From positions 329,468,001 to 329,532,000 of the forward strand of contig OZ024743.1 in the NCBI GenBank assembly GCA_964016885.1: a stretch of 64,000 nt of DNA, in the 5' to 3' direction. Made by a program: the position numbers and the translations under genes. The notes beneath the pieces were generated by a model, which was not told where the DNA came from, did no database searches, and saw nothing but the letters and a program-made list of their open reading frames with translations. Positions 31,297 through 45,624 of this stretch are shown piece by piece; positions within the stretch are counted from its first letter, which is position 1; each line of letters opens with the position of its first letter. This DNA is from Eledone cirrhosa (Eukaryota).

Positions 31297-32739
31297 TGTT
31301 ACTTTTGTCGATGGATTCCGTCTACCACACATTTAGGCCACAACCTGATTTGAACTCAAAATGCAAAGAACCATAAAAAACACGAAAATCATCTTGCCCG
31401 ACGCTTAAACAATGGGGCCAACCCTCTCTTATTGATGGTACTTTATTTTATCGACCACGAAATTAAAATTAAAATTATTTTCAAAAATAAAAAAAGAACC
31501 AATTATAATTGGTTCTTTTTTTTTAATTTTTGAAAAGAATTTTTAGATCGAACCAAATAAACTTTGTCTCTATTGAACTTTCAATTGCTGATAGACATGT
31601 TACCTCTTGTCTAATAGTGAGGTGAAGGTGGTGGTTACACTAGGAACACATTGAGCCGGACAGATAACGTCCAAGACTTTAATAATTCTGCTAATCCACT
31701 CCCATCCTGGAAGGCAAAGTTAAACTAGGTGGGTTTTGAACTCAAAACGGAGAAAGCCTGAGCAAATAGTGAGGTCTTTAATTCAACGTTCCACCATCTT
31801 TACTAGTTTGTCACCTTATCTATCACTAAGTGATTCTTTCAACAATCTGAATCTCCTTTTGATACACGTGTAGTTAAAATGTATATTTACTGTACAATGA
31901 ACTGAAATTGTGAAGAGAAAATGGAAATAAGATTTCCTATCATATTTTTGGCTTCTCATTTAATGATTCCATAAATACTTCAAACGATATTCTGCCCAAA
32001 TTGAAATTATTTTCTCAAATACCACGGCGATGTCGTTATCAGAAATTCTATATAGTTTTACTGATATTTTCGGTAGTATATCATATTTCAGATCTCGGAA
32101 ACCAAGGAAGGCTCTAAATTTGTAGCAATATAATCTTAATTATTTAGTAATTTCAGCATGTCTAATTCTCAGCTTGTCATCAACATATAGACATAACTCT
32201 GTATGATTACGTCATTCGAGATGAAATGCAAATAATTTATGTTAGAGGCACCTATAGTCTTTGTTCGTTTAGAGCCATGAATACTTGAATAGGTTGCAAA
32301 TTAACTGAGACGTTAGTGAACCAGATTGAATAATTTGTGATATATACTCCAGAGCCCTACGTTCAAATCTTCTTCAGGTCAACTTTGCCTTTCCTTCTTT
32401 CGTGTTCGATAATAAATAAAAATGCCAGTCACGATCGGAATGGTTAGAGCGACGAATGTGACACATTGTGTGCGGTTTGATTTCAAATCCCGCCTCCCGT
32501 GACTGGAGAACAAAACACGACTCATATTATTAAAACACCCTGGAAATCTCGTAGAAGAACGCCAAATCTCGTGTAGATTTGGGCCGTAACAACACCAACT
32601 TGGGTTAGGTAGAATTTAATGTGTCTTAAATAATTAGATTGGCAACATTTGTACTCTAATATAAATATTTATGTAATGGTTGTGTGTGCGCGCGCGTGTG
32701 TGCAGTGGGGGGGGGGTCTCCTGTCTTTTTAGACGAGGA

Positions 32740-33040
32740 GCTTTCTAGTTATTCGAACAATGAAACAGTCTGCCCGTGAAATTAACGTACAAGTGACTGT
32801 GTTTTCAACAGAGATCTGCACTTTTAACGAAGTTCTCACAAAATTCCGCGTGACACAGAGTCTGATATGGCAATCCATTCTATTTGAATTACATTTCCAA
32901 CTCATTTTATACGCGCTGAGTGGAATGAAGCAACATGAAATAAAATGTTTTGCCCAATGACAACTTACTGACTGGAATCGAACTCAAAACTTTACGATCG
33001 CGAGCTGGATTCCCTAAGCTTTGAGCCAGGCGCCTTCGAG
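32740..33040 (-). mobile_element. SINE family B copy
   Basis: The minus strand begins GAAGGCGCCTGGCTCAAAGCTTAGG and carries the B-box GAGTTCGATTCC. Shares its core with the 30225 copy. Confidence 0.55.
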
Positions 33041-34400
33041 TAATGTGTACTTGTATGTTGTGGAACGATCAGTCATCATGTGTATAAAAATATAACACGT
33101 AAGCAAGAACAAGTGACCTTAATAAAGCAACGTTTATTTTAATATGATATATTGTGTGTGCTTCACATCATATCGATATTGTTTCTCATAGCAGAAGAGA
33201 TACAAGTAACGGTAAAAGAAAACCCCTAAAAAAGGTTCTGTTCATAAGAATCTATGTTTCAGTGTGACATTATCAAAGTATTTAAATTAAGTGTGTGAAA
33301 TATTCACCAGGAACATATTAGATATATTTTATTTTACAGCTTCCTTTATTTATATTATTTACAAGGAGGAGGTGGCAGAAGAAAAATGGTGGTAAAAGTA
33401 TCTTTGTAAAATGTATTTTTTTTCTTTTTTCCAGAAATCAAATTTCAGCTGTGAAATATCTCACGTCGTAATATATTTTATGTACTCAACTGAAAACTTT
33501 CAAGTCTATTTGGTTTTTTTTAGCCAATTCTGTTCTTCGATTTTAGTTACATTTAACTTATCCAATATATTTACAAAGTAAGCCATACTGTGTCCTTGCA
33601 AAATTCTTAACTTTCTCCCTCATTTATTTACATATGAATGCCTCCTTAACATCTTAACCCTTTAAACACGAAATTCGCTCAAAATTCACTTCTATTAAAA
33701 TGATCAAATTTAAATTCAAATGTTGGAGTGGAAATGCATTAATTAAATGACAGATAATATCAAATAGAATCAAATATCTGTTTATTTATTATTAAATTGA
33801 AAATGATGGTGGTGTATTGGCATAAACATTAGAGCACCGGGAAAATGTTTTAATATCAATTTTGCCTTTTATCCCACCGGCGTTGATACAATAAAGTAGT
33901 AGACAATTACTGGTATCGATGTAATCAACTTACCATTTTCCAAACACTGGCCTTGTACCTAAATTAGAAGCCATTATCAAGTTGAAAGTTAATTATTTGA
34001 TTAAACCCCTCATAATTCTCGGTTATTTTGATAATTGAAACAAAATGGCTGTATATTCCTGTTAGAAATATGGACACAAAAGGGTTAATTTGGATTAATT
34101 TAGATTTGTGACTTCTGGTCACCTCGGTTTCCAAACTACCATTTTTCTCTGCTAAATCAGGAAGCCTGATTAGATGGAAAGGCTGATGTAGTGGGTATCG
34201 CTGGCTATATTCCGTGTCAATACTTTTGCCATAATGTCCACGGAGCAAGGCTGAGATATGCTGTCCAACCGAGAGTGTAGAGTTTGTACCTTTCCCATCT
34301 TTTTCATTCCTTTTGGATAGGATAACACCCTTACATATGTTTATATGTGTAGGTATGTTATCCTAGCTAGGTAACTATGGAAGATTGCCATAATTTAATG

Positions 34401-34599
34401 GTTTCTTATATAGGCACAAGGCCAGCAATTTGGGGGGAGGGGAAAGTCGATTAAGTCGACCCAGTGCGTGACTGGTACTTTATTTTATCGACCCCATAAG
34501 GATGAAAGGCGGGATTTGAGTTCAGATCATAAAGAGCCGTAACTTTACTGCAAAGCATGGCGTCCGACCCTCTACCGATACTGCCAATCCACCGCCCTC
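34401..34599 (-). mobile_element. SINE family A with 22-bp TSD
   Basis: Reverse complement of the 27981 copy. Flanked by GGAAGAYTGCCATAATTTAATG at 34379-34400 and 34600-34621 (one mismatch). Confidence 0.9.
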
Positions 34600-35013
34600 G
34601 GAAGACTGCCATAATTTAATGTTAACCTAGCGGGGTTAGCACGGAATACTTAGCCATAATTAACCTTGTAAAACGTATGTGATCCTAGCTGGGTCACGAT
34701 GGAAGACCGCTTTAATTTAATGTGTAGTTATGTTAACACAGCAAGTTGCTATCTATATTCAGACTATAGACAGCAGGCGGGAATTCTAGGTAGAAAACCG
34801 ATTAATCAGAAACTGAACAAGAATCACAGGTCATTCTCAGTGCTGGTACATACAACATTTATATATTGTGAAAGGAATCTGGGAAGCATTCACGAAAAAA
34901 CTGCTTCATGATCGAATTCAACACTTATTTGTTTCCATAGAGAATACAATATTTATCATTTGGGTTACTGACTTGTAATCTTTACTGCAATAACACGATC
35001 ACCCACAACTACT

Positions 35014-35830
35014 GTCAGAACATGTGGAACCATCACTACCATCAAAACATGTAGTACCACATGTGCCGTCAGAACATGTGGAACCATCACTACCATCAAA
35101 ACATGTAGTACCACATGTGCCGTCAGAACATGTAGAACCACCACTACCGTCAGAACATGTAGTACCACATGTACCGCCAGAACATGTAGAACCACCACTA
35201 CCATCAGAACATGTAGTACCACATGTACCGCCAGAACATGTAGAACCACCACTACCATCAGAACATATAGTACCACATGTACCGCCAGAACATGTAGAAC
35301 CACCACTACCGACAGAACATGTAGTACCACATGTACCGCCAGAACATGTAGAACCACCACTACCATCAGAACATATAGTACCACATGTACCGCCAGAACA
35401 TGTAGAACTACCACTACCGACAGAACATGTAGTACCACATGTACCGCCAGAACATGTAGAACCACCACTACCATCAGAACATATAGTACCACATGTACCG
35501 CCAGAACATGTAGAACCACCACTACCGACAGAACATGTAGTACCACATGTACCGCCAGAACATGTAGAACCACCACTACCATCAGAACATATAGTACCAC
35601 ATGTACCGCCAGAACATGTAGAACCACCACTACCGACAGAACATGTAGTACCACATGTACCGCCAGAACATGTAGAACCACCACTACCATCAGAACATAT
35701 AGTACCACATGTACCGCCAGAACATGTAGAACTACCACTACCATCAGAACATATAGTACCACATGTACCGCCAGAACATGTAGAACCACCACTACCGTCA
35801 GAACATGTACTAATACCACTACCAGCAAAA
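35014..35830 (+). repeat. 54-bp minisatellite (two 27-bp halves), about 15 units
   Basis: Unit AGAACATGTAGAACCACCACTACCATCAGAACATATAGTACCACATGTACCGCC. Alternating variants give a 108-bp higher-order repeat. Confidence 0.95.
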
Positions 35831-36119
35831 CATGTACTAACAACCGTACCACCACTACGGCCCAAACGTATTAACTTTACTACCACCACTACCACCAAAA
35901 CATGTACAAACACCACCACCACAGTAGTTGTGGTACGGTTGTTAGTACATGTTTTGCTGGTAGTGGTATTAGTACATGTTCTGACGGTAGTTGTGGTTCT
36001 ACACCACCATAACATGTACTAACTACCACCAAAACATGTACTGACACCTCCACCACCACCACTACCACCAAAACATGTACTGACACCTCTACCAGCAACA
36101 CCACCACCACCACCACCAA

Positions 36120-36570
36120 AATATGTACTACCACCACTACCGCCAAAACATGTACTACTCCTACTACCACCAAAACATTTACCAACACTGCTCCCACCAC
36201 TACCGTCAAAACATGTACTACTCCTACTACCACCAAAACATGTACCAACACTGCTCCCACCACTACCGTCAAAACATGTACTACTCCTACTACCACCAAA
36301 ACATGTACCAACACTGCTCCCACCACTACCGTAAAAACATGTACTACTCCTACTACCACCAAAACATTTACCAACACTGCTCCCACCACTACCGTAAAAA
36401 CATGTACTACTCCTACTACCACCAAAACATTTACCAACACTGCTCCCACCACTACCGTCAAAACATGTACTACTCCTACTACCACCAAAACATTTACCAA
36501 CACTGCTCCCACCACTACCGTAAAAACATGTACTACTCCTACTACCACCACTACCGCCTAAACATGTACC
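36120..36570 (+). repeat. 63-bp minisatellite, about 6.5 units
   Basis: Unit AAAACATGTACTACTCCTACTACCACCAAAACATTTACCAACACTGCTCCCACCACTACCGTC. Confidence 0.93.
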
Positions 36571-37114
36571 AACACATCTACCACAAGAGCATGTACTAAC
36601 AACTCTACTACGCCTACCACTACCCACCACCACAACTACCACCCACTGTCTAAATATTATAGGATTGATTAACTAGTAATTTAGTACATACACATGCTTA
36701 CATACATATATATATATACATTACAATATATATATATATGTATGTATATTATATTACACACACACAAATATATATATACCATTACTTTTTCTATAAACAA
36801 GCATATGTATACACTATATATATGTATATATATATATATACTAGTCACAAACACATTGCTTTCTATATTGTTATAAATGGTCAAATGATTTCACCAAAGA
36901 CCAAACAAATGCTTCAAACAAACTATAATAATTGTGTCTAAGAAGCAATCACCAATCCTGTTGGTTAAATTAATTAGCTAATGTATCAGCGGCCATTCAT
37001 TCTTCTCATGGCAGCCATTTTGAACGTTTCAGGTTTTATATTATTTTTTTCTCTGGTTAGATGGTGCTGTGGAACGCAGCATGAAACAGAGTGGAATCAG
37101 TTATAGCAGCGCTG

Positions 37115-38090
<976 letters not shown>

Positions 38091-38280
38091 AATTAACGCA
38101 CAGACATAATCACAAAGACAAACACACATGTACCAACAGGAACATATATGCATGTATAAGCATATACATACACAAACATATACCAACATATACATTGATG
38201 TATGTATGTATGTATGTATGTATGTATGTATGTATGTATGTATGTATGTATGTATGTATGTATGTATGTATGTATGTATG

Positions 38281-38431
38281 TGTCAATAATTGTCACAGGT
38301 GTAGTGTTTCTACCAGAGTTTTCAAGTCGCTGGCTGGACTAAAAAGTCACACTCGTTCAGCGCATCGGTAGGGGTTCTCCTACATGGATATAAAGTAGTG
38401 GCCGCACTCGAAAACGAGTTGGCAGCCACCA
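38281..38431 (+). mobile_element. RTE-type LINE 3' end (C2H2 zinc finger + 3' UTR), copy 1
   Basis: Encodes [26 protein letters not shown]. Near-identical to 45959-46109. Bounded by (TATG)n on both sides. Confidence 0.7.
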
Positions 38432-38487
38432 TGTATGTATGTATGTATGTATGTATGTATGTATGTATGTATGTATGTATGTATGTA

Positions 38488-38640
38488 TGATGAGTTCATC
38501 CTGTCGATTCCATCTAGACCTACAAAGCTGGCAATGGCTGATCCTCTTTCATTTGATGAGGTGGTGAAGGCCATTGCCAAATTAAACAGCGGCAAGTCAC
38601 CTGGAATGGATGGTCTGAGTGACGAGATCTTTAAGTATAT
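38488..38640 (+). pseudogene. LINE ORF2 fragment (pre-RT region)
   Basis: [31 protein letters not shown] matches the EV..AI..L..GKSPG.DG...E..K motif. Confidence 0.8.
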
Positions 38641-38847
38641 AGCTCTTTTTACAAAACGTTTTTTTTCCATTTCAGGTAGACGCGCTCCATCATCCACTTT
38701 TCTAAAAAACAAATCATCCACAAAACGCCAGCACCAACAGTTTTGCAAGAAATGTCAACATGAATGGACCTATTATTATTTATCTAGAGACATTTTTTTC
38801 CAATTCCATCCCGCCCGTACCCTTAATCTATTTTATTTCTCATTCTT

Positions 38848-38883
38848 TCTTCTGATGAAGGACTAGCGTCCGAAACGTTAAGA
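38848..38883 (+). ncRNA. Minimal type-I hammerhead ribozyme motif, intact core
   Basis: TCTT - CTGATGA - A - GGAC/TAGC/GTCC - GAA - ACGT - T17 - AAGA. About 85 nt of pyrimidine-rich tail follows, then (TA)n at 38971. Confidence 0.8.
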
Positions 38884-38967
38884 CCCTCTTCCTGCTATAT
38901 CAAGCGTTAACCTAATATATACCTTCCATATACTGTACCGATTGTGTTGTTATTTCTGTTTACCTTT

Positions 38968-39034
<67 letters not shown>

Positions 39035-39660
39035 TGAATCTTTAAAGAAATAATTTTCTCAGTTGTTTAGCTTGTGTTGCAGGTTGAGCGTCTCAGTTCC
39101 CTTCTTCCGGTTGATAAACATCGTGGGTCTATGAAATATGGGTACAGACTTTAAAACGTAATTTTAAGCCTCACACCTAAGTGTGCCCTTAGAACGTGAG
39201 GAGGAATCTAGGGTCTAAACATTTGCTTAGGGGTTGTTCTTTCTCTGAAGATGTTCGTGCTGTCCGCTGGTCCTGTCGCCTGTTTCCGCCTACTTAAGCA
39301 AGAGTTTCACTCAAGTATTGAATCTCATCAGGTCGGAGCCTATCCTGGTTTCTTTGGTATTATGTAACCGAGGCTTCATTCCATTGCTCTCAACTCATTT
39401 TCAGCCGAGTTGATAGTAACGTAAATTAGTAGTTAGCTGAAGAACATAACACACCGCCTGATCGAGGAATCCAAATCAGGTTAGTCCGATCGTTAACACA
39501 AAAGCTTAACCACTAGGCCACGTGCCTTCACTGCATCTCACTATAAGTGTACAATGTAGTAGTGATCAGTATAGTCTCAAAACTCACGACAAACCAGAGA
39601 GATTTTAAAAGCTAAGCTTTTCTTTTTACCATGATTGCAATTTCTTAATCTGCAGCATTT

Positions 39661-39749
<89 letters not shown>

Positions 39750-40528
39750 TATTCTTTCTCTCTCTTTCTTTCTCTCTCTCTCTCTTATTGTTTATCCCCC
39801 CCCCCTCTCTCTCTCTCTCACACCTACATATCTATCTATCGATGTATCTTACTTGTTAGTTTATCTAACAGAGTGATACAGAAAACTGAATGTTTTTTTC
39901 TACCATAATTTCAGCATCTCAATATTGAGAACATCACAAACCTTCCATATGGAGAACATCACAATATTTTGTGTTGATCTAATTTTACTTTGAAGTAATC
40001 ATGATAAACTCTCTTAAACAAAGTCTCATATAGTTTGTCTTTAGTATTTCATCAACAAACACACAACATAACAAAATATGCCTAGGATATTAAAACAACC
40101 TCTAGAAACCATTATTGAAACTGATTTATTTGTGAAAATACCTGAAAAATGTATAATATAAATTATGTTATTCGAAGTTGGTATTATATATGTCATTTAA
40201 GCTGACAATATATATATTGAAAAGCTTTTTATACATGTTGTCACTTAATGGGATAAGTGTTCAAAGAGGTATAAAAAATGTTTTAAGAGCTTCAAAAGGG
40301 CAGGGGTGGGGGAATCGGATATCACGTTCAGACTCTGCACGTTAAATATCATTAGAATAATCTCTCACTGTCTCCTCTGTCTCTCATACAGAATATATGA
40401 TATAGTTCAGATAGTTCGGTGTTATATATATATTTTTTTTTGTTTTTTTTTGTGATATATATATATATCTATATATATATATCACAGAAAAAAAATATAT
40501 ATATAGCACACACAGGTACACATACACA

Positions 40529-40564
<36 letters not shown>

Positions 40565-40700
40565 TGTGTATGTGTACCTGTGTGTGTGTGTATGCATATA
40601 TCATACATAACTGTTTATCTATCTCATCTCTTCTCTATAATATCTATTTCTCTGTCGGTCGGTTTGTCTGTCTATTTTTGCATATCTGTCAATCTCTCTT

Positions 40701-40790
<90 letters not shown>

Positions 40791-41542
40791 TCTGTCTGTG
40801 TATTATTTTGGGAGGGTCATGTGCACACTAGACTCTGACATGAGGTTTTGAAAGATGACTGACAGACAGAGAATATGGAGTAACGAGAGAACATGTATGC
40901 ATGGAGGAGAGACAGAGAGGGCAAATGTCGTCGATAAAGTAATAGACTGTGACAAAAGAACTTTAAAATTTAATTGATCGGTTAACTAATTAATTGCTGC
41001 ATTGATTACCTAATTAATAAAACTGAAGTAAAATTTAACAGGTTTTGATTAGTAGTATGACCCTCCTAAAATAAAACAATATCTATTACAACACACGATT
41101 TCACATCATATATATTCCTGCAAAATGGAAACGTCAGCAGCCCGTCTGAGGAAGGAGCCCTGCGAGGTGGGTGGCTGTCGCTGGTCATTGCCCACAGAAA
41201 TGCCTTTGCAGTTTTGTGTGCGGTGCGCAGCCGAAACACCGCCTCGTCCTAGTCGTAGAGTCTGTCACCCTCTCTCCTTCCCCTCTTATTCTTCCGTTGC
41301 CTAATAGTCCTTGATCTTTCCCTCTTTTTCTCCTCATTTATTGCATTTATAGTCCTTTCTTTTACTTTGTTGTAGAACCAGATCTGCCATCCTTTACCCC
41401 TTCCCCCTTTTTTCATTACTTAATTTTATTTTTATCTTTTTTTTTAATATTCCCATCATTGTATAACTTATTATTGTAAAATATAGTTGACATATGTTTA
41501 TGTATAACAAATGACAAAATAAAAAATAACAACACATTTTGT

Positions 41543-41598
41543 ATGACTTTCCTGGTGATTTCATACGAATGAAACAGTTCAGGTCCTGTAGAAATCAT
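41543..41598 (+). ncRNA. Type-I hammerhead motif with A6G core change (same family as 354-585)
   Basis: ATGACTTTC - CTGGTGA - T TTC/ATAC/GAA T - GAA - ACAG/TTCAGGTC/CTGT - A17 - GAAATCAT. Confidence 0.65.
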
Positions 41599-42161
41599 TT
41601 CTATATAAAAGGAAAATGACTATACTCTAAAAGAGAGAAAAAAAAAAAAAAGAAATTACTTCATTAACCTTAATCTGGTAGGTTTGAAGTGAGACAGAAT
41701 GCTTTATGGTCTATAATTCTCAGTAATCTTGAAAAAGGGAATGTCACCGAAATGTATTATTTGAATGGATAATTTGACATATTTATCTGAAAGTGAGTAC
41801 GAGGTATTATATATTTCATCATATTTTCTCCAAAAGTATTCCCAGTGGAATTTTTATCAGTATTTCTGTAACATAGTAATTTAGTCTAATTCTATAAGGT
41901 GTGAAAAGTATATTCAAAATATTATTCCATTGATAGTAAAAGTGTTCAGTATAAATTTGTAATTCCGATATACAATATAAAGAAATGGTTAAGAAGAAGA
42001 AGGTTAACTTTTATATATATATACGGAGTTAAAAACTCATATATACAATAATTAAGAACGCTCAAGGAATATATATTCCGGGATCTTTATAAATCAACAT
42101 ATAGAGAGAAGTACACATAGAGATATGTGTTCAATTTTAATGATAAAGAATAATAAATATA

Positions 42162-42245
42162 CAGTAGAACCTCGATTCACGAACGTCTCTCATCATGAAC
42201 AAATCGGTTCACGAATATTTCGGGTGACGAACGGCGTTCAGGAGC
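42162..42245 (+). mobile_element. Possible pogo/Tigger-like DNA transposon terminus
   Basis: TA followed by CAGTAGAACCTCGATTCACGAAC, with repeated TTCACGAA/ACGAAC motifs. No partner TIR was seen. Confidence 0.4.
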
Positions 42246-42249
42246 GAAT

Positions 42250-42630
<381 letters not shown>

Positions 42631-43158
42631 TACTATATATATATATAATTGTTGTATATATATATTAGCCGAACATTACCACTTAGACAGGCGCCCTCAC
42701 TATACTATATACAGATACCAAATCAAGAGGTCATGAAAGGCTTGAGCTGAGTAACCTACATAACAGCATTACCTAAGGCGCTAGAGAAGATGTTAGGAAA
42801 CGTGCTACTCATACCCAAGAATAGATTATAAAGAGCCAGTCTCGAGTTGAAACTAAAAAGGAGAGTGGGAGACAAGGAAACACAGTGTGCTGTGAAGAAT
42901 GTGTTGGTTTCCTTGGAGGAAGACCTGGCAGATAAAATATATCAACAGTAAAGTTGATCAGCAGCTCTATAATGGCCACATCAGAGTATTTTATTGGATG
43001 CTCTACCCAAAGCGAGGAACTTTTCAGCAGCTCCTCGTATATAGATATATATATTAATAAAAGGAATTCCAACTTTGTCTGATTTACTCGTTTTATTTAC
43101 AATCATAATGATTTTATAATGAAATATTATGGTAGAATATTAAATTATAAATGTTAAT

Positions 43159-43197
43159 TGAACAAGTACTTTCATGCTTTCGCAATCTTCAGGTTCA
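43159..43197 (-). ncRNA. Minimal hammerhead ribozyme in the PLE 3' (pseudo-LTR) region
   Basis: Minus strand: TGAAC - CTGAAGA - T TGC/GAAA/GCA T - GAA - AGTACT - T17 - GTTCA. About 390 nt downstream of the ORF stop, on the same strand. Confidence 0.85.
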
Positions 43198-43584
43198 TAT
43201 TCAGTGGTGACAGTCAAGTTTGCAATGTTCAACTCTAATGAGATGGCTAAAATCTGTGCCTTATATACAGTAAAAAGAGGCTACAGAATGCTAAGTTTTA
43301 CAAACTGTATTTCCTCCAATCGGTGTGTGGTTTCACTAGATTACTAAAGCTGATTGGTTTAGGCGTCACGGTTGGTTGAGCATGTCTAACGACTTCTATT
43401 TGTTTTGCTATTTTTTAGAAATGATGAAAATAGCGTTTCTTAGGGTTTTTATAAAAAATCTTCAGTAATCATCAACATCAACATCACTTTTATTATTATT
43501 ATTATTGTTGTTGTTGTTGTTAGTGGTGGTAGTCGACATGGTCATAGGCGTAGTCATAGTAGGAGTAATACCCCCTAAGCATTA

Positions 43585-45393
43585 TTATTGTTCATTTAGC
43601 TTGGGTTGGAATTTATCAATAAAATTCTTTTCTTTAATTTGTCTCTTGATTTCCCTTGGGCTGTGTAGTTTGTAGAATGGAAATATAAATATTTTCTGAC
43701 CATATGTTGCTAGATGGTTACTCAGGGGTATCTGACGGACATTTGGGTCTCTGATTTGCTGTCGGTGCACCCGTGCACGTTCCGTTAGTGCATTTCCAGT
43801 TTGACCGACATATAGTTCTTCACAATTCGGGCATTTAATTAGATTTCTGCTTTTGCAGTTCATATTTGCATTTGGGAATATTTTTCCAGTTTTTGTGCTC
43901 ATATATTGACCAGTATGTATGAACTGACATGTGCAACATCGACTATCATTGCATTTAGATACAGTGAATGATTGGTCTTTGTTGTTAAGGTCAAATTTTG
44001 CCTTTGTTATTAATTGCTTTAAATTTTTCGGCTGTCTTTTACTAAGAATCAAAGCTCGGTCTGTGATTAAACCTTTTAATTCATTACTTTGAGCAATGAT
44101 CGGTAGGTTTGCTTTGGCAGTGTTGAAGATATTCTGGTGATACGGGTTGTGTGTCATTATAAATGGTATGACCAGTTCTTGGTTTCTTCTTCCTTGGGTT
44201 GTCCTAAGTTGTTGTATAGGTATTTTTATAGCCCACTGTATGCCATTTTCTATAAGTAGAGATGGGTATTTTTGTTTGAGCAAACGTTCTCTCAGTTCTG
44301 TTAGGTGTTTGTTCCTGGTATTCGTATCTTCTACAATGGTACAAATTCTTCTGGCTAGGCAGTATGGGATGTTGCGTTTTGTATGAGGTGGATGGCACGA
44401 CTTAAAATTCAGATATTGATGGGTGTCTGTTTGTTTATAGTATATATCCGTGGTAATGGTGGTATCGTTTTTTATTATCATTATATCTAGGAATGGTAAT
44501 TTGGTACTACTCATCGCTTTTGTAAAATGGAGAGATGGGTGTAGGTTATTCAGGAGGATATTGAACTCAGCCAGAGTATCTAAAGATTCTGTCCAAATGA
44601 GGAAACAGTCGTCAAGGTATCTCTTCCAAAACTTTTCAATGTACACTCTAAATTCAGTGCTATATTTCTCCTCTATTTCTTGGTAGAGTTGTTGTTCTAA
44701 GTATCCCATTACAGAGTTCACGTAAACGGGAGCAAACTTTGTTCCCATCACTGTGCCTCTAATTTGGATGTAATTCTTTCCATTGAAGAAGAATGTGTTG
44801 TTTTCCAGAATAAGTCTGACTGCGTCTAATATAAATGGCGCTGTGAATCTGATGGGAATCACTTTTCTATGTTTTTCCACCCAGTATTTAACCGCCTTTA
44901 TTCCTAAATCATGTGTAATGTTGGTGTAAAGGCTTACCGCATCAAAACTAAGTAGAAGTGAATTCGTTACCGTGGTTTTGGGAAGATGGGACAGGAAGTC
45001 GATATCATCCCGGATGAAACTGGGTATGTGAATACATAGTGGTTTCAAAATAATGTCAACAAAATTGCTTACACGGTGGGTAGGGCATGTTGGACCAGCT
45101 ATAATAGGTCTAAGTTTTAAGTCTTTTGGATGTATTAATTTAATGTACTCACTGTTTTGTCCTTTTACTGGTGGTTGGATTTCTTTTGACTTATGAATTT
45201 TCGGTAGGCCACAAAAGTTGTTGGGTTTGGGCTCAACATTGGGGATGTAGTCTCTTTCCTTATCAGTAAGTGAGTTGTAGTATTTTGAAGCCAGGTTGTT
45301 GATCTTCTTCATGATGTTGTAGTCTATATTTGACGGTATTTCATGGTAGAATGTTGTGTCTTTCTGTTGTTCCTCAACCAAATCTATACACAA
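43585..45393 (-). CDS. Penelope-like element reverse transcriptase + GIY-YIG endonuclease (602 aa, N-truncated)
   Basis: RT motifs: [63 protein letters not shown]. Cys linker [10 protein letters not shown]. Endonuclease [20 protein letters not shown]...R...H, ending KE...KLN. Confidence 0.93.
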   Translation of the reverse strand: MCIDLVEEQQKDTTFYHEIPSNIDYNIMKKINNLASKYYNSLTDKERDYIPNVEPKPNNFCGLPKIHKSKEIQPPVKGQNSEYIKLIHPKDLKLRPIIAGPTCPTHRVSNFVDIILKPLCIHIPSFIRDDIDFLSHLPKTTVTNSLLLSFDAVSLYTNITHDLGIKAVKYWVEKHRKVIPIRFTAPFILDAVRLILENNTFFFNGKNYIQIRGTVMGTKFAPVYVNSVMGYLEQQLYQEIEEKYSTEFRVYIEKFWKRYLDDCFLIWTESLDTLAEFNILLNNLHPSLHFTKAMSSTKLPFLDIMIIKNDTTITTDIYYKQTDTHQYLNFKSCHPPHTKRNIPYCLARRICTIVEDTNTRNKHLTELRERLLKQKYPSLLIENGIQWAIKIPIQQLRTTQGRRNQELVIPFIMTHNPYHQNIFNTAKANLPIIAQSNELKGLITDRALILSKRQPKNLKQLITKAKFDLNNKDQSFTVSKCNDSRCCTCQFIHTGQYMSTKTGKIFPNANMNCKSRNLIKCPNCEELYVGQTGNALTERARVHRQQIRDPNVRQIPLSNHLATYGQKIFIFPFYKLHSPREIKRQIKEKNFIDKFQPKLNEQ

Positions 45394-45405
45394 TCATACA
45401 CACCC

Positions 45406-45461
<56 letters not shown>

Positions 45462-45484
45462 GGGTGTGTATGTATATATATATG

Positions 45485-45624
<140 letters not shown>

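Larger units (their letters stand above)
43050..45400 (-). mobile_element. 5'-truncated Penelope-like retroelement (Neptune-like)
   Basis: RT + GIY-YIG ORF and a 3' non-coding region containing a hammerhead. TA-rich repeats lie at both ends. Confidence 0.9.

Noticed and set aside
30814-31336. DAASGTCNRL-repeat protein
   Set aside because: Explained by the 30-bp minisatellite, which is open on both strands, with no splice or start context.
43400-43470. Second hammerhead in the PLE 3' region (minus strand CTGAAGA...GAAACGCTATTTT)
   Set aside because: No NUH triplet or complementary stem I could be built.
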